A stretch of DNA of 64,000 bases from a virus: IMG/VR virus record IMGVR_UViG_3300042923_001459, positions 1 to 64,000 of that record; one strand, written 5' to 3'. A model generated the notes under the pieces. It did not search any database, was not told the DNA's origin, and worked only from the letters and a program-made list of their open reading frames with translations. Both the position numbers and the translations under genes were made by a program. Every line of letters starts with the position of its first letter. Within the stretch, counting starts at the first letter, position 1. Shown piece by piece: positions 58,019 through 64,000 of this stretch.

Positions 58019-58774
58019 TTACTTGTTGTTAAAAGTTTTAATAAAACATCCAGTATATTCATTGACGCTACTATCATTGCGTGTTATTTTAGCAGAAATA
58101 ACGTCATAATCCAAAACATCACTAGTGTTTAAAATAATATTAACTAAATCAGTAGAAATTACATATGAAATTATCTTTGAAAGTTTAACATCAGTATTAT
58201 CATCAAAAACAACAATTAATTTGTTCGTAATTAAATCAAATCTAATGTTGCCAAAATGAGTTCCGTCCTTAACAATATCTGCTTCTACTATAGATGTTTT
58301 TAATATATCATATTCAAAGACTTCATCATTGTAAACAAGGAATTTACCAATAATATCTGAAGCATTACCCTGAATATTTAATTTAAAATTCTTAAAAAGA
58401 GATAAATCAATACTTTTTAAAGAACTTTCATCCTGTAGCACTGAAAATCCAATATTTATTTTGTTATTTTCAATCACTGAAGCAAAAATTCTTGAAAAAG
58501 CTAAACTAGCACAATTAAAACACCAGTAAGTATTTCTAACTTCATCAATTAAAAGCTTATCTAAAAATCCATCAACATTGTTTTTGTAGTAGAAATCTTG
58601 CGCTCCTAAATTTTGATGTTGTGCAAATCCCCATCCATTATGAAGAGATAAAGGTGATAATATTCCTTGTTTCATTTGACTTTCTACACCTTCACAAAAA
58701 ATGCAAACAATTGCATCTTCACCATTTGCGTTAGCTGCGATCAAGTTTCTACTTTGTATAGGTTTTGAAATCAT
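58019..58774 (-). CDS. hypothetical protein
   Basis: CIFC...CFNC. Confidence 0.65.
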   Translation of the reverse strand: MISKPIQSRNLIAANANGEDAIVCIFCEGVESQMKQGILSPLSLHNGWGFAQHQNLGAQDFYYKNNVDGFLDKLLIDEVRNTYWCFNCASLAFSRIFASVIENNKINIGFSVLQDESSLKSIDLSLFKNFKLNIQGNASDIIGKFLVYNDEVFEYDILKTSIVEADIVKDGTHFGNIRFDLITNKLIVVFDDNTDVKLSKIISYVISTDLVNIILNTSDVLDYDVISAKITRNDSSVNEYTGCFIKTFNNK

Positions 58775-58791
58775 AACAATTCAACTCCAAA

Positions 58792-59088
58792 TTACTTCTT
58801 TTTCTTTTGTTTTTCTAATTCTTTAATTTGATCATCTGTCAGAGTCTTAAGTTGTTTCGTATCATCACCATCTATATCGGACTGATGTTTAATGATTACT
58901 TTGTAACCTGCAGCGCCAAGCAATTGCTTTGCTAATTGTAGTGAAATTTCTGCGTCTTCATTTTTCAAACGAGAAATCCAAGACTTAGAAACATCAGCTT
59001 TTTTGGCAAATTGAGTAACAGTAATACCGTTTTGATAGCAATAAGTTCTTACGATTCTTATAATATCTTTTGTGGTAGGTTGAATCAT
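58792..59088 (-). CDS. XRE-family HTH regulator
   Basis: ITVTQFAKKADVSKSWISRL...ISLQLAKQL. Confidence 0.85.
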   Translation of the reverse strand: MIQPTTKDIIRIVRTYCYQNGITVTQFAKKADVSKSWISRLKNEDAEISLQLAKQLLGAAGYKVIIKHQSDIDGDDTKQLKTLTDDQIKELEKQKKKK

Positions 59089-59187
59089 GAACTACAACTC
59101 CTTTTTTTATATAGATAAAATAATTGATTTGCTTAATAATAACAAAAAAAATCAAAAACCCTACACAACGTAGGGTTATACATATTG

Positions 59188-61743
59188 TTATACAACTGAT
59201 TTGTTCTTCTGCCTAAAGTCTGTTAACTTCGGTAAGAGCTCGTTATACCATTTTTCCTCATCTTGATGATTATAATCTCTCTTAGTATTGTTGAGCGTAA
59301 TTTCGGGGAACCAACCCATAGCAACAGCCTTGTTAAATGTATATTCTGCTACTGGGTTTATGAATGTTCTACCAAGTCTCCAATTTTGATATTGAGAATT
59401 GTATTCTTCTGAAAATGTTTTATATAAGAGCATAGCAACTCCATTTTTTCTATATTGCTCTTGTACTTCAACATAATTAATGTAGATGTATTCATGTTCA
59501 GGATAGATTTCATACTTCATATCTCCAAGCATTTCTCCATCTCTAAAGATCTCAATTTTACGTCCTCTATTATTAATTTCTTTTTTCTGAACATCAATTG
59601 GACCAACTGCAACTTCGGATGCAAATTTACGCAATCTGTAATCATTACCTTTAGCCCAATATTCAGGACCTTTATACTGTTCTGGCAACTTATTACGTAA
59701 GTCATTCCAAACTTCGTCTGGGTTTGTTTTAAGGCTTTTATTATATCGATCTCTCTTCACATACTTATCATCTATTGAAGTTTCATTTATCCAACCTAAA
59801 CTTACAGCTTTTCTAAATGCATATTCAGCTATTGGATTAATATAGTATCTAGAAACCGGCCAATCACTAAAGTTAGAATTGTAGATTTCACCAAACTTTT
59901 TGTAAAGTAGTTGTCCAACACCATAACTTCTATATTCTTCCTTTACTTGGACTTCATCTACGTGAATAATATTGCTGCCAGGTGGTAAATCCCTAAGACT
60001 TCTATTGTTTTCGTGAATATATTTAGGGTTTTCAACATTGTAAAAAGCTGAAAAATACATATTTCCAATATTAATACCATTAGATAATTTAGCGTTTATT
60101 GAATAGTCAACTTGTTTTTCGGCACCAACATAATCTCCATCTTCTTCTGACTCAGTATAAGATAGTACAATGTTTCTCATATCAATTTCTGACAAATCAG
60201 CTAATTTAAATAGTTTTTTCAATCTAGAACTACCTCTATACATTGGAGGAAGTTTCTTTCTCAAATCCTTCCAAAGCGTTTTATCTTTTTTATCATAATT
60301 GCGCTTTAATTTATCATCATTTAAAGCCCATCCAGAAATCCACCCTAATGAAATAGCTTTACGATAAGAATATTCAGCTATAGGGTTATGAAAATCTACA
60401 GAAACTGGGAGACGATCAAATTGTTGTTGATAAATTTCACCAAATTTCTGAAGAAGTAATTGACCAATACCAAGGCTTTGATATTGTTCAGTAACTTTAA
60501 TTAAATCGATATGAACTTTATCTCTTCCTGCATAGGCACTATTTGTATCATAAACGTAAGCTGTAAATCTTATGCTTCCCACTTCTTCACCATTAAGTTG
60601 TGCATAAACCATGTGGGTGTCCATTGTTAAGCCATTGTCATAAGTTGAACTACCAATAGAACCTCCATCTTCAAGTATTATGCCAGACCTAATATCGGTC
60701 ACGCTTAGATCTGAAGCTAGTTTACGTAAATCTTTTTTCATACTAGCCTCCGGCCCTCTAACATGTTCTGGAAGTTTTTGTCTTAAATCATTCCAAAGCG
60801 CTTTATTTTTTGTACTATAGTCACGAATTATCTTTTCTTCAGAAAGAGCCATATCTGGAACCCAGCCAAGAGATACTGCTTTTCTAAAGGAATATTCAGC
60901 AACAGGATTTACAAATTGTCTACCAACTGCCCAACCATTAAATTGTTCAGTGTACATCTCACCAAATTTTTTGTAAAGCATTTGGCCTACGCCAGCTCCT
61001 TCAAAATATTGTTGCACATACAAAAACGAAACATATAATTCTGGTTCAGTATAATCTTTAGCTTCTTCTTTTGGAACATACTTTGAAAAATCCAAATAAC
61101 CAATTTGACTTCCAGCGTACATAGCGGAAATTTCATAACTAGATCTAAGTGTTTGTCCCCAGTCTTTTTCTTCACTAGGACCAGAAACTTCAAATTGAAT
61201 ACCTTGTCGTAAGTCAATTTTTTCATCATCACTTATGGCAATTTTTTTCAATCTTGAAAATCTACTAGCATGTAAATTTTCTGGTAATTTTTGTTTTAAG
61301 TCATTCCATTGTTGCTCTTTTTTATCATCATAACTTCTAGTTGTTCTCTCTGGAGTATAAGCTTGATTTGGTACCCAACCTTGATCTACTGCTTTTTTAA
61401 AAGAATATTCAGCAATGGGACTCTCAAAGTGTCTTTCAACTTCCCAGTCCATAAAGTTTTGGCTATACACTTCACCAAATTTTTTGTAAAGCATACCACT
61501 AATTCCAGTTCCACGATACTCAGATTCAACTTTGATATAAGCAAGGTATAGAATATCTTCCTCGTTGCCATTTTCATCTAGTTGCGAAACTTGATTGAAA
61601 TCTAAAGCGCCAATTTCGCCTCCATTGTACATAGCTTCAATTCTATGCATAGTCATGTAGTATCCATCTTCAGGATCACTATCACTACCAACATTAGGTG
61701 AGTAATCAATTCTAACTTTTCTAATGTCAAACTGATCAGACAT
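59188..61743 (-). CDS. polyprotein of five tandem GNAT-like domains
   Basis: Five repeats with motif A (YRGTGIS, FEGAGVG, YQSLGIG, YRSYGVG, YRKNGVA) followed by L[YL]xxF.E.Y...[NS]P[IV]AEY.[FY].KA[VI]..GW. Confidence 0.85.
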   Translation of the reverse strand: MSDQFDIRKVRIDYSPNVGSDSDPEDGYYMTMHRIEAMYNGGEIGALDFNQVSQLDENGNEEDILYLAYIKVESEYRGTGISGMLYKKFGEVYSQNFMDWEVERHFESPIAEYSFKKAVDQGWVPNQAYTPERTTRSYDDKKEQQWNDLKQKLPENLHASRFSRLKKIAISDDEKIDLRQGIQFEVSGPSEEKDWGQTLRSSYEISAMYAGSQIGYLDFSKYVPKEEAKDYTEPELYVSFLYVQQYFEGAGVGQMLYKKFGEMYTEQFNGWAVGRQFVNPVAEYSFRKAVSLGWVPDMALSEEKIIRDYSTKNKALWNDLRQKLPEHVRGPEASMKKDLRKLASDLSVTDIRSGIILEDGGSIGSSTYDNGLTMDTHMVYAQLNGEEVGSIRFTAYVYDTNSAYAGRDKVHIDLIKVTEQYQSLGIGQLLLQKFGEIYQQQFDRLPVSVDFHNPIAEYSYRKAISLGWISGWALNDDKLKRNYDKKDKTLWKDLRKKLPPMYRGSSRLKKLFKLADLSEIDMRNIVLSYTESEEDGDYVGAEKQVDYSINAKLSNGINIGNMYFSAFYNVENPKYIHENNRSLRDLPPGSNIIHVDEVQVKEEYRSYGVGQLLYKKFGEIYNSNFSDWPVSRYYINPIAEYAFRKAVSLGWINETSIDDKYVKRDRYNKSLKTNPDEVWNDLRNKLPEQYKGPEYWAKGNDYRLRKFASEVAVGPIDVQKKEINNRGRKIEIFRDGEMLGDMKYEIYPEHEYIYINYVEVQEQYRKNGVAMLLYKTFSEEYNSQYQNWRLGRTFINPVAEYTFNKAVAMGWFPEITLNNTKRDYNHQDEEKWYNELLPKLTDFRQKNKSVV

Positions 61744-61762
61744 TTATTACACCCTCTTTTGA

Positions 61763-62251
61763 TTAAGAATATTTAAGTTTTCTTTTTAGTCTTTTAGCAC
61801 CTCTATATTGTTCAGGCACCTTTTCTCTTAAATCTTGCCATTGTTGTTTTTGTTGATCGTCGTAATTTCTATTTACGTTGTTTTCATCTAAGGCTGAAGA
61901 TGGTATCAATCCACCAGAAATTAAATTTCTAAATGCTAATTCAAATTCTGGATCGTGAAAGTTTAAAATTACCTTCCAACCCGTGTAATTAGCTTCAAAT
62001 TCCTTACCAAATTCATCCATTAACATTTCTTCTAAATCATAATCTCTGTATTTTTCACTAATAAGACATTCATCTACGGATAAAACACCTTTAGATGCTT
62101 CTGTAAATTCAACGTGACCAACTTCTTTGCCGTTATAGATAGACGAAATTCTATGATCTTTTGAACCAAAAGTACCTTGATGATCAAAATAAATTTGAGC
62201 TTGAAACTGTTCTATGTTTGACGGTGCTGCAACCTTTCTAAGTTTACTCAT
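61763..62251 (-). CDS. single degenerate GNAT-like repeat
   Basis: MSKLRKVAA start; YRDYDLE replaces motif A; WQDLREKVPEQYRG. Confidence 0.8.
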   Translation of the reverse strand: MSKLRKVAAPSNIEQFQAQIYFDHQGTFGSKDHRISSIYNGKEVGHVEFTEASKGVLSVDECLISEKYRDYDLEEMLMDEFGKEFEANYTGWKVILNFHDPEFELAFRNLISGGLIPSSALDENNVNRNYDDQQKQQWQDLREKVPEQYRGAKRLKRKLKYS

Positions 62252-64000
62252 TTTTATCACCCTTATCCCTATAATCTTTTCTTTCAATACTTTTCTTAAA
62301 CTTCTTTTTCTCTTTTGCTGGTAACCAATCAAATAAATCTTTAGCAATTTGTTTTTCATGTTCATCATATTGACGCGCTATTAAATCATCATTATATGCA
62401 GTTTCAGGGATATTTCCCTTATCGACTTCTTCTTTAAATACATATTCTGCTATAGGGTTTGCAAAAACTTGAGCAACTGGCCAATCCATAAAATCTTGCT
62501 TGTAAATTTCTCCAAACTTCTCATATAATTTCTTGCCAATTCCATAACCTCTGTACTCACTATTCACAAGAACGTTGTTTACATATAACATTTCATCATA
62601 ATGCTTGTTTTCAAGAGAAGTATGAACATCTTTAGCTGTTACATTATGAAATTCTGAAAAGTGCATGTAACCAATTTGAGAACCATAATAATCACAATAA
62701 ATTTCGTGATCAACTACATGATCTGCTCCATTCTTGTTTTCTTCTCTTGGGATATTTTGAACATCAATTTCTATGTGATTCCATTCAATGTCTGGTTTAT
62801 CATCTTTTTTTTCTTCACCATCATATGAGTCAGAAACATAATTAACTGCATTTTCTTTTTTGAGCAATCTTTTTGTCAATTTAGCCCAAGTCTCAGGGCC
62901 CTTTAAATTGTCTGGAAGTTTATTTCTTAAATCGGTTATTGTTTGTGAATCATAATTTTTATAATCCCTAGTGATCATTGGTTCAGTTAATGCTGATTCT
63001 GGCACAAAACCTTTTGAAACTGAATTTCTAAAAGCGTATTCAGCTACTGGATTCATAAAATGCCTTTCAACAGGCCAACCATTAAACTTTTCACTATAAA
63101 TTTCTCCAAATTTTTTGTAAATTTCATACGCTAGACCTTGATTTTGATATTTTGGATCAACCTCAAGTTGAATAATTTCAATATATTTTCCATTAGTATC
63201 AGCAGTGAAGGCTAAGAATCCAGCGTGATCACCATTTACAAGCAAAGTAATGTCATTTGTTGAACTAGTTCCCCAATCTTCAAAGAAATAGGTTGTTTCA
63301 ATATTTTGTTCCTCTGATTTTCTAATCATACGAAGTCTTTTAATTTTTGACCATGTTTCAGGACCTTGAACATGTTCTGGTAACTTATTGCGTAAATCTT
63401 TTGCTAGATTTCTTTCAGTATCGGTATATACTCTTGCAATGTCATCTTCTTGTAATGCTTCTTGGGGAACCCAACCTAATCCAACAGCTTTTCTAAATGA
63501 ATATTCTGCTATAGGGTTAATAAAAAAACGTTTAACTTTTGTGCCCATATATTTTTGTGAGTAAATATTTCCAAATTCTTTATACAATAATTGCCCAATT
63601 CCTAAATTTCGATATTTATCATCAACGTCTACTGAATCAATTTCAATATGATTATCGCTTCCGACTATTTTAAAGTCCATTTCTCCAACTTTTTGTCCAT
63701 TCAATTTAGCGGTAATGTAATTATGATAATTCCAATTGGAGAATTCAAATTGTATATTTCTTAAATCAACTTTTTCTTCTTCAGCTGTTTTTAGAAGTTT
63801 AATTTTTTTCAGTCTTGATTGAATTTCTGGACCACGATATTGTTCTGGCAATTTTTGTCTTAAATCTTGCCAAAGTTGTGTTCTATTATCGTTTTCATCT
63901 AGTGGTTTATTGTATCCTCTATTGATATATTGTTCAGTTAACGCATTTTCACTAATTAATCCATTTGCAACCGCTTTTCTAAATGAATATTCTGCGACTG
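62244..64000 (-). CDS. polyprotein of at least 4 tandem GNAT-like domains, partial (start beyond window)
   Basis: Frame open to 64000 (VAEYSFRKAVANG...); motif A YRNLGIG, YQNQGLA, YRGYGIG. Confidence 0.85.
   Translation of the reverse strand, partial: VAEYSFRKAVANGLISENALTEQYINRGYNKPLDENDNRTQLWQDLRQKLPEQYRGPEIQSRLKKIKLLKTAEEEKVDLRNIQFEFSNWNYHNYITAKLNGQKVGEMDFKIVGSDNHIEIDSVDVDDKYRNLGIGQLLYKEFGNIYSQKYMGTKVKRFFINPIAEYSFRKAVGLGWVPQEALQEDDIARVYTDTERNLAKDLRNKLPEHVQGPETWSKIKRLRMIRKSEEQNIETTYFFEDWGTSSTNDITLLVNGDHAGFLAFTADTNGKYIEIIQLEVDPKYQNQGLAYEIYKKFGEIYSEKFNGWPVERHFMNPVAEYAFRNSVSKGFVPESALTEPMITRDYKNYDSQTITDLRNKLPDNLKGPETWAKLTKRLLKKENAVNYVSDSYDGEEKKDDKPDIEWNHIEIDVQNIPREENKNGADHVVDHEIYCDYYGSQIGYMHFSEFHNVTAKDVHTSLENKHYDEMLYVNNVLVNSEYRGYGIGKKLYEKFGEIYKQDFMDWPVAQVFANPIAEYVFKEEVDKGNIPETAYNDDLIARQYDEHEKQIAKDLFDWLPAKEKKKFKKSIERKDYRDKGDKNE

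Noticed and set aside
704-61577. Short opposite-strand or nested ORFs in the track (e.g. 704..886, 22893..23210, 32759..33140, 35540..36614, 59455..59705)
   Set aside because: Shadows of longer, motif-bearing genes; no SD or recognisable domains.
1-64000. tRNA or rRNA genes
   Set aside because: No cloverleaf or T-loop signatures recognised in the intergenic gaps by eye; tRNAscan-SE was not run.

Overview
A 64-kb AT-rich segment of a large (probably jumbo) tailed phage of Bacillota, judged from GGAGG-type Shine-Dalgarno sites, sigma-A-like promoters and Bacillus/Paenibacillus-type enzymes. Almost all genes are on the minus strand. (1) 1-20 kb is an accessory region with 21 dispersed paralogues of one small zinc-ribbon family (CPIC...CxNxC[YF]...YWKENDRYL). 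They are interleaved with cargo genes: a PlcP/Agt-like lipid-remodelling pair, thermonuclease, Ser/Thr phosphatase, a catalytically dead RNase H fold, a ParB-like protein and two beta-helix spike genes. (2) 20-49 kb is a head module: major capsid, decoration protein, holins and endolysin, scaffold, prohead protease, MuF, portal, many probable internal-head proteins, sigma factor, M16 and S8 peptidases, SpeD and terminase. (3) 49-59 kb holds nucleotide and DNA-metabolism genes. (4) 59-64 kb is an array of at least 10 tandem GNAT-like domains in polyproteins. The most notable signal is a basic motif (S-R-L-K-K-x-A / K-x-A-S). It marks the termini of many head-region proteins and also separates each GNAT repeat, suggesting a capsid-targeting/protease-cleavage code for packaged effectors. 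Two A9 runs sit on this motif where a -1 shift fuses adjacent ORFs; one has a canonical A_AAA_AAG heptamer plus a 12-bp downstream stem. Functional calls come from motif recognition by eye; no database searches were run.
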